A stretch of DNA of 47,250 nucleotides from Candidatus Saccharimonadota bacterium. GTDB taxonomy: Bacteria > Patescibacteriota > Saccharimonadia > Saccharimonadales > JAGPDM01. The notes beneath the pieces are model-generated. The model searched no databases, had not been told where the DNA came from, and was given only the letters and a program-made list of their open reading frames with translations. Where the stretch lies: positions 1-47,250 of the forward strand of contig JAGPDM010000002.1 in NCBI GenBank assembly GCA_018057585.1. The letters are read 5' to 3'. Of this stretch, positions 8,105-17,843 are shown one piece after another (the first letter of the stretch is position 1; each line of letters starts with the position of its first letter). The translations under genes and the position numbers were made by a program.

Positions 8105-9190
8105 ATGAAAATACCGTTATTTTATAAACAGAAACCTACTTTTGGCATCGATATTGGTCGAGGCAGTATCAAGATGGTTCAGCTTCTAGAAATTAACAAC
8201 ACACCAACGCTTATCGGCTATGGCTTTACATCTTTCGATCCATCTGTCATGGATGATAGAGGCATGATAACTGACGTTGAGGCAGTCGCCAAAGCTGCCA
8301 AACAACTTGCTGACGAACAATTGATTGGTGGGCTAGTTTCAAATAGTGTTGTAGCAACGGTGCCTAGTGCCTTCAGCTACACTCGTACCCTTCAGCTACC
8401 GAAGATGGAAAAGAAAGAGCTTGATGGAGCTGTACGTCTCGAGGCCGAACAATACATACCGGTTGCGATCGACGAGCTATATATAGATTACGAAGTCGAA
8501 GCGGCAACTAGTGATGATTCGCAAAGTCAAGACGTATTCATGGTGGCAATACCAAATTACATCGTAGACTCATATCTTGAAGTTTTTGCTGCATTAGGAT
8601 TGGAAGTTAGCGCAATTGAGCCAAGCTTATCAGCGATAGTTCGCTCCGTCTCGCAATCTCTGGAGCTTAAAGATACTGTTATGGTTATTGATCTAGGTTC
8701 AAGATCGAGTGACCTTAGCGTTTATGACGGTAAAACAATTAGAGTGACCGGCACCACAAAAAAGGGTGGAGAAGATATCACTGATACTCTTATTGAGAAC
8801 CTAAACATTACTAAACGCCAAGCTTTCCATGGCAAAGCAAGATATGGAATTAACCCAGACAGCAAACAAGGTCGTGAAATATTAAAACACAGCCAACCAA
8901 TCTTAGACGATCTAATTCTAGAAATTAAGAAAATGCAGCGTTATTATCAAGGCAGAAATAATTCTAACGATAAAATTGGAGAAATAATTATTCTCGGTGG
9001 CGGAGCTAATATGCCTGGCCTTAACGAGTTTATTCAAAAACAAACAGACTTAAAGGTCACTTCGTTTGACCCTTGGCGCCATATTGACATGGGGAATCTG
9101 CAGGCGCCCAACAAACTAGAAACCACTTTGTTTACTAACGTTATTGGCAACGCCTTAGTAGGCAAGACCAGTGGAGCAGTTAAAAAATGA
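8105..9190 (+). CDS. pilM: type IV pilus assembly protein PilM (actin-like ATPase fold)
   Basis: Start FGIDIGRGSIKMVQL, and later DLGSRSSDLSV and ILGGGANMPGL, typical of PilM/FtsA-like proteins. ATG at 8105 preferred over TTG at 8048. Confidence 0.85.
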   Translation: MKIPLFYKQKPTFGIDIGRGSIKMVQLLEINNTPTLIGYGFTSFDPSVMDDRGMITDVEAVAKAAKQLADEQLIGGLVSNSVVATVPSAFSYTRTLQLPKMEKKELDGAVRLEAEQYIPVAIDELYIDYEVEAATSDDSQSQDVFMVAIPNYIVDSYLEVFAALGLEVSAIEPSLSAIVRSVSQSLELKDTVMVIDLGSRSSDLSVYDGKTIRVTGTTKKGGEDITDTLIENLNITKRQAFHGKARYGINPDSKQGREILKHSQPILDDLILEIKKMQRYYQGRNNSNDKIGEIIILGGGANMPGLNEFIQKQTDLKVTSFDPWRHIDMGNLQAPNKLETTLFTNVIGNALVGKTSGAVKK

Positions 9191-9804
9191 TTAACTTACT
9201 ACCCGATGAACTGAAAAGACAATATGCCTACTCTAGACGCAATACTATTTTGCGCTGGACTATAATAGCAATAATCATAATCGGAGCCTCTTCGATCTTG
9301 CTTATGCTGGCTGGAAACTTCTATGTCAGCAGTCTTGCTAAAGCTGCTCAATCAGATCTAGGTGTAAAGCAAGCAGAAATATCTAAATATAAAGCCGTTG
9401 AAAAAAAGGCAAAGGATTTAAATTCTAAGGTAGAAGCCATAACTGAAGCAAACTCGAAAACTACTAAATTTTCGAGTTTAATATATGACCTTAGCAACGT
9501 TCTGCCAAAAGGTAGCAATGTTAAAACGATTTCGCTTGATGGTAAGCCTGATTCACCATTACAACTTGAAGTTACAGCCAAAGATAAGGCCACCGCACTA
9601 AAAGTGCATGATTCATTAGCTGACACTAAACGGTTCGCTTTTGTTGACATCCTTCAGTTTAAGCAAGATCCTGAGAAAGCCGGTCAATACATAGTAGCTA
9701 TTAACCTTAGTTATAAAACACCGGAAGCTGCCTATGGCCCAGTAACTAATAGCTCTAAATCGGCTATTCCTGCCAAAGGTGCTGTCAAAGGACCGATTAA
9801 ATGA
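9187..9804 (+). CDS. pilN: PilN-like pilus assembly protein
   Basis: MINLLP start, a single TM and a coiled coil, coupled to pilM by an ATGA overlap. Confidence 0.7.
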   Translation: MINLLPDELKRQYAYSRRNTILRWTIIAIIIIGASSILLMLAGNFYVSSLAKAAQSDLGVKQAEISKYKAVEKKAKDLNSKVEAITEANSKTTKFSSLIYDLSNVLPKGSNVKTISLDGKPDSPLQLEVTAKDKATALKVHDSLADTKRFAFVDILQFKQDPEKAGQYIVAINLSYKTPEAAYGPVTNSSKSAIPAKGAVKGPIK

Positions 9805-10484
9805 AACCAAAAATGACGTTTTTTATCTTGCTAATCCTGTTACTGCTCACTATGGCTGGTTCAATCGGAGGTCTGTATTTATCTAACCAAAAATTAGCAA
9901 AAAATGGCCAGGATTTGTCTAGTAAAGAAAGCCTTGTAAAAGCGGCTGACAATAGGCTTTTCCATCTAAAGGGCCTAGCAATCAAGACGAAAAAGGCCGA
10001 GTCGGCCCTGGGTGATATAGATGCTGTTTTCCCTGAAGATAAATTGCAATCAGAATTTATTGATCAAATTTCAAAACTTGCCAAAGACAAGAAAGTTAAT
10101 ATCGGCTCCGACATAAGCTTTCCTGGTGGCAGCGAAGCTCCGTCACGATCTACTCAAACTACACCATCTGGCATCGTACCTGTGCTGATTGGTATGAAGG
10201 TGACCCTGCCCGTCAGCGGTAGCTATAGTGACGTAATGTCATTCATCAAATCATTAGAGAACTTCAACCGACTTACTAACATCGAAGGACTATCACTAAA
10301 CAGCCAGGATCAGGGTAAGAATGTTGATGGCACTATCGATATACTCGTGCTCGTAAACCAAAAGTCTGCTGTTCCAGCCGCGGGTGCTGCCGGCGCTAAA
10401 GACTCAAAGTCATCGCCAAAATCTAGTACTAGCAATAGCAAACCTCAATCTTCTAGCCAATCTAACGGAAAGACCGCTCAATGA
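9801..10484 (+). CDS. PilO-like pilus assembly protein with Ser/Pro/Gln-rich tail
   Basis: N-terminal TM, position after pilN, ATGA overlap, low-complexity C-terminus. Confidence 0.5.
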   Translation: MKPKMTFFILLILLLLTMAGSIGGLYLSNQKLAKNGQDLSSKESLVKAADNRLFHLKGLAIKTKKAESALGDIDAVFPEDKLQSEFIDQISKLAKDKKVNIGSDISFPGGSEAPSRSTQTTPSGIVPVLIGMKVTLPVSGSYSDVMSFIKSLENFNRLTNIEGLSLNSQDQGKNVDGTIDILVLVNQKSAVPAAGAAGAKDSKSSPKSSTSNSKPQSSSQSNGKTAQ

Positions 10485-10780
10485 ACGATTTAAAACACAA
10501 GCTATCGGGAGTGCCTCAGTTCTTTATAAAACGCAGAGTAGCTATTGTTGCCATCGTAATGCTAATATTACTCGGCTTCAGTTTATTACAAATTAACTCA
10601 GCTATATCTTCTGAATCAGACACATTAAGCAATGATGCTAATCTGGAAAATGCCGTATTGGGTAAAAAAGTAGAGTTTAAGGCTGATAGCTTAGAGAAAA
10701 TAGTAAACCTATCTGGTGACAAACCTGATATCGGAAAAGTTTCTGGATCGCACTCTAAAAATCCTTTTGAATCTAATTAA
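10481..10780 (+). CDS. small single-TM protein, last gene of the pilMNO operon
   Basis: 99 aa, one TM, ATGA overlap with the upstream gene. Confidence 0.4.
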   Translation: MNDLKHKLSGVPQFFIKRRVAIVAIVMLILLGFSLLQINSAISSESDTLSNDANLENAVLGKKVEFKADSLEKIVNLSGDKPDIGKVSGSHSKNPFESN

Positions 10781-10783
10781 TCT

Positions 10784-11323
10784 CTAGCTACCATTTGGAT
10801 GAGTTTTAATATACTCCTCAGAAGCATTGCCTATTATTGAGGCGATTTCATTTGGTTTGCCAACAGTTCGGAAAATAAAGTTCTGTGACTCTCCTGCAGT
10901 CTCAACCCTGACTGTTCCGTAGTCAAAAGCATGAGCTAAAATTCCATTTTGGTTAACGGTTACGTCTTCCAGCTTTGAAAGATTAGTGCGCGATATCTTG
11001 TTAGAGAACGGACTGGCTTGTAGGACCTGTATCAAATTTTCATTCGTTATTAATAAATCATCAGATCTATAGACTCCGGCGACAATATAGGTCAAAAGTA
11101 TAGCTAAAAATATTGTTGCTCCTAAGGTGATATAAACAAAATTGATTGGCAGTATGTCCTTTGTTACTCCAGGGTTAGAGGCGGCGGCATAAATAAGTAA
11201 CAATAGTACCAGTATGGCCGAACCACCGAGTAGAAATATCGGCACTAGCCCAATTGGATGGCGTCGGACTTCCTTCACGATGAATTCGTCGGCATCTAAA
11301 CTAATGTCAATATTGTGCGACAA
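10784..11323 (-). CDS. membrane protein with bacterial PH (YdbS/YdbT-like) domain
   Basis: 179 aa. KEVRRHPIGL followed by two TM helices, then a soluble beta-rich domain. Confidence 0.5.
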   Translation of the reverse strand: MSHNIDISLDADEFIVKEVRRHPIGLVPIFLLGGSAILVLLLLIYAAASNPGVTKDILPINFVYITLGATIFLAILLTYIVAGVYRSDDLLITNENLIQVLQASPFSNKISRTNLSKLEDVTVNQNGILAHAFDYGTVRVETAGESQNFIFRTVGKPNEIASIIGNASEEYIKTHPNGS

Positions 11324-11382
11324 CCTAGCTCCTTTATTATTACTTTTAATTATACCATCAGGTAATGGTTTACATAGATTGG

Positions 11383-12417
11383 TTAAAGCAAGCTAGATTG
11401 ACCTGCGTCTCTTGGTGGTTGAATGTCCATGTGTCTGTAAGCTTTCGGAGTCACCCTTCTTCCTCTTGGCGTCCTCTCAATAAAACCAAGCTGCATCAGA
11501 TATGGTTCATGGAAATCCTCAATCGTAGTCTCCTCCTCGGCAGTCAGTGCTGCTAGCGTACCTAAGCCAACTGGGCCACCGCTGTAACTTTCGATAATTG
11601 CAGTTAATATACGCCTATCAGCATGATCAAGTCCTAAGTGGTCAATCTCAAGTAGCTTTAGCGCTGCTAGAGCCAGCTCACTGCTTACTTTACCCTCAGC
11701 TTCAACCTGGACATAATCTCTAACTCGCTTAAGTAACCGGTTGGCAATCCTCGGTGTTAGCCTCGCCCGCTTAGCAATCTCACTGGCAGCGGCATCAAGC
11801 AGTTCAACCTCTAGTATACCCGCAGCTCTCTCGATGATTTGCACCATTTCCGCAATCTCGTAAAACTCTAAGCGATGGATTAAGCCAAAACGATCCCGCA
11901 ACGGTGCGCTTAGTGCACCGGCTCTAGTCGTGGCACCGATAACTGTAAACTTCGGGATATCTAATTTTATGGATTTCGCCGATGGACCTTTACCAAGCAT
12001 AATATCAATCTGGTAATCCTCCATCGCCGAATACAAAACCTCCTCAACATTGCGGTTCAATCTGTGGATTTCGTCGATAAATAAAATGTCGTCTTCTTGC
12101 AGATTAGTCAGTATCGAAGCCAAATCGCCAGCTCTTTCTATTGCCGGCCCACTCGTAGCCTTTATCCCAACACCCATTTCGTTAGCGATAACCCAAGCCA
12201 TAGTCGTCTTACCAAGACCCGGCGGGCCGTATAGTAAAACATGATCCAGCGCATCGCCACGTTGCTTAGCTGCCTTTATTGCTAGCTGCAAGTTCTGTTT
12301 GAGTCGTTTCTGGCCAATGTAGCTTGCAAAATCGCGCGGACGCAACGTGTTTTCAATCTTTACTTCTTCTTCGTCATTGTCGTCGACAATGGGCTGGGTG
12401 ATTCTATCTATAGACAT
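11383..12417 (-). CDS. ruvB: Holliday junction branch migration helicase RuvB
   Basis: [12 protein letters not shown] Walker [11 protein letters not shown] Walker B, full-length collinear RuvB. Confidence 0.97.
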   Translation of the reverse strand: MSIDRITQPIVDDNDEEEVKIENTLRPRDFASYIGQKRLKQNLQLAIKAAKQRGDALDHVLLYGPPGLGKTTMAWVIANEMGVGIKATSGPAIERAGDLASILTNLQEDDILFIDEIHRLNRNVEEVLYSAMEDYQIDIMLGKGPSAKSIKLDIPKFTVIGATTRAGALSAPLRDRFGLIHRLEFYEIAEMVQIIERAAGILEVELLDAAASEIAKRARLTPRIANRLLKRVRDYVQVEAEGKVSSELALAALKLLEIDHLGLDHADRRILTAIIESYSGGPVGLGTLAALTAEEETTIEDFHEPYLMQLGFIERTPRGRRVTPKAYRHMDIQPPRDAGQSSLL

Positions 12418-12987
12418 CTAGTTGCCTTTCCGTAGAGCTTGTTTGATCTTTTCTTCTGTCGTTTCGGCTTCAATACCGCGTAGCATCTGCATTGCCTGAT
12501 CTTTGTTATAACCAAGTGAGATAAGGGCTTCTAAAGCTTCGTCGCCAACTGGTAGCTGTTGTCCAGAAGCTTGGCTAATCAGGCTTAATTCACCCATTTT
12601 ATCTTGTAAGTCAACGATGATCCGCTCACCGGCTTTTTTGCCAACACCAGAGGCCAGGACTAAAAAGGCGGTGTTGCCAGCGGCGATTTCTGTGCGTAAC
12701 TTATCAGCAGGGCCAAGATCAAATACCGCCAGCGCAGCCTTCGGGCCAACACCGTTAACGCTCAAAAGCTGCTCGAACAAACTCTGGTCGGTTTTTGACC
12801 TAAAACCATATAACGTATGTTCTTGTTCCCTAATGTGTTCGTAGATATACATAGTAGTTTCGCTAGAAATATCTATCGAGCCGGAAAGCTCACTAGATAC
12901 CACCACGCCATATCCAACACCGTTAACATCAAGCACGATATTACGCTCGTCAAATTCAATTACGGTTCCGACTAATCTAACAATCAT
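12418..12987 (-). CDS. ruvA: Holliday junction DNA-binding protein RuvA
   Basis: 189 aa. HhH motifs (LLSVNGVGPKAALAV, LASGVGKKAGERI). Immediately upstream of ruvB. Confidence 0.93.
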   Translation of the reverse strand: MIVRLVGTVIEFDERNIVLDVNGVGYGVVVSSELSGSIDISSETTMYIYEHIREQEHTLYGFRSKTDQSLFEQLLSVNGVGPKAALAVFDLGPADKLRTEIAAGNTAFLVLASGVGKKAGERIIVDLQDKMGELSLISQASGQQLPVGDEALEALISLGYNKDQAMQMLRGIEAETTEEKIKQALRKGN

Positions 12988-13034
12988 GGTTTAAGTATAA
13001 CAGGCGATGGCTCAAAGCTGGACCGGACTACAAA

Positions 13035-13763
13035 TTATTGTTCTCGGCAAGGTCGCAGCACGCCGTCTTTGTCGAAGCAGACTTTTCTGTCAGCAAAACC
13101 AGCCTGTGTCAGGCCATCAATTCGGACATTACCAGTCACATGTAACTTCTGTTGCGGAGTGACGGTTCCAAGCCCTAGGAAGCCTCGGTCGTCGATAAAG
13201 AATGATCCGTTTGGTGCTCCACTACCAATGAAGAACGGGTTGGTATTAGATGTTTTGTTATAAATACCAAAACGGTTCTTGTTAGCACCCTCGACTGTCA
13301 GCACCCAAGACTGTTTATTGTCGTTGCTCTCGAGCTGTAGATCTGGGTCACCACCATTAGCCTTAGCTCCTCTTATGTGTAGCTCTGAGGCTGGGTTTCT
13401 GGTGTTGATACCAATCACACTTTGCAGCTTTTCCTTGCCAAGTAGCAATCTCTCGTCAGCAAATTCACCTGGCTCAGATTCAACAGTGATTGATTCTTTG
13501 ACGTTCTTTAGTGCTTCATCGTTTTGAACAACCGAGATTGTTCCATCACTGATATCTTTCTGAATACCAGATAGTTGATTTTTCAGATCAATTCTTGAAT
13601 TGACCAGCCAACCAATAACACCCAACATCAGAACAGTTAAAACCAAAGTTAAAATACTAGTGACCTTAATCCATGTCGGAGTGCCGTATGACGGCGATTG
13701 CTGCATAGGTGCTTGGACATTAGGCGATCCATAGCCCGGTTGAAAATTACTTTGTGGTTCCAT
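13035..13763 (-). CDS. membrane-anchored hypothetical protein with tail-fibre-like repeats
   Basis: 242 aa, N-terminal TM. Repeated motif IGINTRNPASELHIRG / LGLGTVTPQQKLHVTG is reminiscent of phage tail-fibre-type proteins. Confidence 0.5.
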   Translation of the reverse strand: MEPQSNFQPGYGSPNVQAPMQQSPSYGTPTWIKVTSILTLVLTVLMLGVIGWLVNSRIDLKNQLSGIQKDISDGTISVVQNDEALKNVKESITVESEPGEFADERLLLGKEKLQSVIGINTRNPASELHIRGAKANGGDPDLQLESNDNKQSWVLTVEGANKNRFGIYNKTSNTNPFFIGSGAPNGSFFIDDRGFLGLGTVTPQQKLHVTGNVRIDGLTQAGFADRKVCFDKDGVLRPCREQ

Positions 13764-13792
13764 ATAAGACTCCCTATTGTTTACTGATGTTA

Positions 13793-13822
13793 ATAATACC
13801 GCTTAAGCCTAGTTCAAGTCAA
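13793..13822 (-). promoter_or_regulatory. candidate promoter (TTGACT-18-TATTAT) for the 13763 gene
   Basis: On the minus strand: TTGACT (13822-13817), 18-nt spacer, TATTAT (13798-13793). SD GGGAG lies 8 nt before the ATG. Confidence 0.5.
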
Positions 13823-14030
13823 AAATGACTTAAGAAAATTATAATTGTACTTGATGGCGATGACGAATCGTATAAATAGATCCAGATAAAGTCGCTAGAG
13901 CCAGCACAATTACCAGCGCACATTCCTTCCGACATAAGGCTACAGATTTGATTATAGCTTTAATGCCTAGTTAGTGGAAACCTATAATTTAAGCTCACAA
14001 ATTACTCTCAGAATGACGAAGATACCTGAT

Positions 14031-14270
14031 CCAAATCCTACCAGCGGGAATTTGTTAACTTCCTTTGTCTGGGCATAAAGGATTGAGTCCTGATATGTGA
14101 ATGTTATTTAAACAATAATACATTTTATCTTGCCCTTCGGGCCGACTGAAAGGAGTTGTTAAAATGATTGTTTCAATAACGATGAACATCTCAAGATGAA
14201 GGATCAGCCCAGGAGCTTGCGATACTTGTCGGTACAAGTATCATTCAATTTGTTACTTTGCAAAAGAAAA
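14031..14270. repeat. structured dyad-symmetric intergenic element, copy 2
   Basis: Same block order as copy 1. Hairpin GATACTTGT-cggt-ACAAGTATC. Central stems GTTATT/AATAAC, AAACAAT/ATTGTTT, CATTTTA/TAAAATG. Apical GCCC-ttc-GGGC. Ends 20 nt from the ruvC stop. Confidence 0.8.
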
Positions 14271-14289
14271 GATTGTTCAGAAGAACATT

Positions 14290-14757
14290 CTATCTCTGAT
14301 GGCTATGACAAAGCGCGGCAGCTAGCGCATCAGCCGCATCGTCAGGGGTTGGTTTAACTTTCAGTTCAAGTAGCACTCTGACCATTTCTTGTACTTGAGC
14401 TTTGGTCGCCTTGCCGTAGCCCGTAACAGACTGCTTAATCTGCAGAGGCGTGTATTCAAATATCTCTAGCCCCGCCACTTCACCGGCCAGCAAAACTACT
14501 CCGCGGGCATGGGAAACAGCGATCGCTGTTGTGACATTCTGTGCGAAGAATAACTTTTCGACCGACATAACTTCTGGTTCAAATTCGCGAATCAGGCCAA
14601 CTAAGTCTGTATGAATAATCTTTAGTCTCTCGGGCAGAGGCGTATGTGGTATAGTTCGGATTACGCCACCAGCCACCATCGATGGCTTGCCTCTTTTAAT
14701 ATCAATCACTCCGAACCCGGTTATGCCAGTGCCCGGATCGATGCCAAGAATCCTCAT
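14290..14757 (-). CDS. ruvC: crossover junction endodeoxyribonuclease RuvC
   Basis: MRILGIDPG start, 155 aa, typical RuvC. Confidence 0.93.
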   Translation of the reverse strand: MRILGIDPGTGITGFGVIDIKRGKPSMVAGGVIRTIPHTPLPERLKIIHTDLVGLIREFEPEVMSVEKLFFAQNVTTAIAVSHARGVVLLAGEVAGLEIFEYTPLQIKQSVTGYGKATKAQVQEMVRVLLELKVKPTPDDAADALAAALCHSHQR

Positions 14758-15527
14758 GACTTTTTAAAGTAGTTGACTACTTGTTCGTGTAATTTGCCGT
14801 TGCTGATAATTGCACCATTTATTTCTTTGTCATATCGCTGGTCATTACCGTCCACATTAGTGACTTTGCCGCCAGCACCCTCGATAATTGGCTTTAATCC
14901 TGCAATATCATAAGGATGGCTGTGTGGATATGTCGCAATTTCTATTTTGCCCTCGGCAACCAGCATCGCTTCAGCTACAACAGACATTAGAGATAACGAG
15001 CTACGGGTTTCGTTGGCCATATTTGCTACGGAACTGAACGACTGTTTATATTTGCCGCTATTGTGGAAACAAGCAGTGAACACTGCATCGTTTAATAATG
15101 CAGTTTGATTCACTCGAATTATTTCATCGTTTTTTGTAGCGGCCTCTCCATCACCAAAATACATAGTGTTATCGAATGGGCGATGACAAACACCAAACTG
15201 AACCCTGCCGTCGATTACAAATCCAAGTGAAAAGAAGCTAATCGGTAGGCCGTAAGTGTAAGGTATTGTGCCATCGATCGGATCAATCACCCACATCCTT
15301 GATTGATTATTGTGCGCATTACCCTCCTCTGCTAAAACTCCATCATCTGGGAATTCTTGGCTTATACGGTCAATCACAAGCTTGTTAATCGTCTCATCGG
15401 CAATTGTTACTGGAGTTCTATCGATCTTGAATTCGACATCATGATTATTGAAATATTTCAGCATAATTTCGCCCGCTTCCCGAGCTAATATCTTAGCAAA
15501 CTGAATCTCTTTATTATATTCACTCAT
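14754..15527 (-). CDS. inositol monophosphatase family protein
   Basis: WVIDPIDGT motif and family-typical length (257 aa). Confidence 0.85.
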   Translation of the reverse strand: MSEYNKEIQFAKILAREAGEIMLKYFNNHDVEFKIDRTPVTIADETINKLVIDRISQEFPDDGVLAEEGNAHNNQSRMWVIDPIDGTIPYTYGLPISFFSLGFVIDGRVQFGVCHRPFDNTMYFGDGEAATKNDEIIRVNQTALLNDAVFTACFHNSGKYKQSFSSVANMANETRSSLSLMSVVAEAMLVAEGKIEIATYPHSHPYDIAGLKPIIEGAGGKVTNVDGNDQRYDKEINGAIISNGKLHEQVVNYFKKS

Positions 15528-15532
15528 GTCGA

Positions 15533-16252
15533 TTATGCGATGTCGAAATTGGTGTAGGTTTCTACTACGTCATCAAGCTCATCGAGAATATCAAGTAGCC
15601 GCATGACCTTGTTTTGAGTTGACTCATCATCGATTTCCATTGGCTCTTTGGGCACGTAAGCTAGGTGCGCCTGCTTGACTTTGAGTTCAGACGATTCTAG
15701 GCTTTTCTTAACTTGGTGAAGCTGCTTCATGTCCGTATAAACTACCCAGTGGTCTTCGCCATCAATCACATCGTCAGCTCCGGCATCGATTATGCTAAGC
15801 TCATCTGCTTCATCATCGCCAGATTTAACCAGTTCAATCACGCCCTTATGTTCAAACTGAAAGGACACCGCGCCAGTTTCAGCAATATTGCCGCCATGCT
15901 TAGAAAATGCTGTCCTGACATCGGCATAAGTTCGATTACGGTTATCGCTCGCACATTCAACAATTATCGCCACACCACCTGGACCATAGCCTTCGTAGGT
16001 CATCTCCTCAATAACCGCGCCACCGAGTTCACCAGTTCCTCGCTTAATTGAACGGTCGATATTAGCATTGGGCATATTGGCTTCTTTGGCCTTCTGTACG
16101 GCCAGCGCAAGGGTTGGATTCATGTTAGGGTCGCCACCAGTTTTGGCCGCTAGGGCAATTGCATTTCCGAGTTTAGTAAATATTGCACCACGCTTGGCGT
16201 CTTCGGATTCTTTGCCTCGTTTAATTTTGGCCCATTTACTGTGTCCTGACAT
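15533..16252 (-). CDS. yebC: YebC/PmpR family DNA-binding transcriptional regulator
   Basis: MSGHSKWAKIKRGK N-terminus, 239 aa. Confidence 0.93.
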   Translation of the reverse strand: MSGHSKWAKIKRGKESEDAKRGAIFTKLGNAIALAAKTGGDPNMNPTLALAVQKAKEANMPNANIDRSIKRGTGELGGAVIEEMTYEGYGPGGVAIIVECASDNRNRTYADVRTAFSKHGGNIAETGAVSFQFEHKGVIELVKSGDDEADELSIIDAGADDVIDGEDHWVVYTDMKQLHQVKKSLESSELKVKQAHLAYVPKEPMEIDDESTQNKVMRLLDILDELDDVVETYTNFDIA

Positions 16253-16280
16253 ACTAAAATCCTATCACAATAGCAACCAC

Positions 16281-17765
16281 TTAATCCAGATGGTTGACAA
16301 GTGTTAGTTCGGTTTTTTGGCTCTCTGACAAGTTCTTGCGTATAAGAAGATAGATTATTAGTAGTGCCAAATACCAAGCAATTACAGTGCTCCAGCCAAC
16401 CTCAACCTCAATCAGAGCCCACGGTATCGCTGCTAATAACCCAATTACAGTTGTCATACCAACTAGCATTACTTTTGCAGGTAGTGCCATGAATCCAGCT
16501 AGTCCAGGAATAATTGCACCACTCGTACCAGCTATAAAAGTAAAGGCCATAGCAATTGGTATAAAAGGAATAATCAGCATATTTGCCACTATAGAAATAA
16601 CTGAAAGCTCGCCAAATATTGCCATAATTATCGGCAGGGCCATAATCTGGGCAGACGTGGTTTCAATGGCAATCTGTACTGGCATTGGCAACTCAGCTCC
16701 ATCCTTCTTAAAAACACGCTGGGTAAAGGTTGGCGCTAAAACAAGCACTCCGAAGAAAGCCGTGAAACTCAGCCACCAACCAATATCAAACCAAATGAAA
16801 AATGGGTTAAGCCCAGCCGTAACCGCACCCGATACACTTAGTAACATCATAGGTCGAATCGGTCGCCCATAATACCAAGCGGCGAGTGCCAAGCCACTTA
16901 CAATACTGGCTCTAAATATCGATGGTGCTAATCCTGTAATAGCGAGAAAGAAAAACATCAATCCTAATGATATTGCTGTAGCAGAGAACTTGCTGATCCA
17001 CATGAAATTTCGACGAGCAAACCGAACTAAAACTGTTAAGTTATAGCCACTGACCGCCACTATATGGGTAAGCCCGGTCCGTGAAAGCTGAGTCAGCAGG
17101 TCTTCCGGCAATAGAGCCCTCAATCCAACTAGGAATCCTAGACCAAGGCTAGATTGTGGCTCGGGCAGTGCCGTGTAAACTCCGGCGAAGAATCTAGCTC
17201 TCATGCTTGTCAACAAATCATCCTGTCGACTAATTACTTTTATGCTACCGAAACTCACCGATGCTTGATAGCTGCCAAAACCGTCACGCAGCTTGCCAGA
17301 AACCCTGACTTGGTCGCCTCTTTTAACGCCGTAAGGGCTAGTAAAGCCACTAATCCGCATCTTGCCTGGCAGTTTTTTGCCATTAATTTTAAGTTTACTG
17401 ATGTAGAAATCAGTCTGTCCGTTGTCTGAATAGCTAGAATCGGTCGTCACTACGCCTACAGCGCTCACCTGCTCACCAACAAAATTGTTATACCGATTGA
17501 AATCTTGCCAAAAAATCTGGCCACGAATTAATCCGAGGCTAACACTAGCTATTGCCACAATTAAAACTGCCCACTTTCGGCGACTAAAGCTAAGTGGCAA
17601 TAGTATAATAGGTAGAAGTAAAATCCGAAAAGAGATATTTAGGTCGTAACGGGCAATCCAAAGCCCAACCATAAAGCTTAGTAGTGTGACTATTATTATC
17701 GTCGTTCTTCTAACTTTAAGATTTTTCTCGAATGGCAACTTATCAAATAGTCGACTCTTGCTCAT
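16281..17765 (-). CDS. comEC: ComEC/Rec2 family competence channel protein (short form)
   Basis: 494 aa polytopic. N-terminal OB-like DUF4131 region, then the Competence domain (THIVAVSGYNLTVL). Too short for a C-terminal metallo-beta-lactamase domain. Confidence 0.8.
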   Translation of the reverse strand: MSKSRLFDKLPFEKNLKVRRTTIIIVTLLSFMVGLWIARYDLNISFRILLLPIILLPLSFSRRKWAVLIVAIASVSLGLIRGQIFWQDFNRYNNFVGEQVSAVGVVTTDSSYSDNGQTDFYISKLKINGKKLPGKMRISGFTSPYGVKRGDQVRVSGKLRDGFGSYQASVSFGSIKVISRQDDLLTSMRARFFAGVYTALPEPQSSLGLGFLVGLRALLPEDLLTQLSRTGLTHIVAVSGYNLTVLVRFARRNFMWISKFSATAISLGLMFFFLAITGLAPSIFRASIVSGLALAAWYYGRPIRPMMLLSVSGAVTAGLNPFFIWFDIGWWLSFTAFFGVLVLAPTFTQRVFKKDGAELPMPVQIAIETTSAQIMALPIIMAIFGELSVISIVANMLIIPFIPIAMAFTFIAGTSGAIIPGLAGFMALPAKVMLVGMTTVIGLLAAIPWALIEVEVGWSTVIAWYLALLIIYLLIRKNLSESQKTELTLVNHLD

Positions 17766-17843
17766 GCATTTATTTATAACAAAATTGACGTATCAGGTAT
17801 AGTTCATGCATAATTATTATTAACATAAGCAAAAATCAAAATT

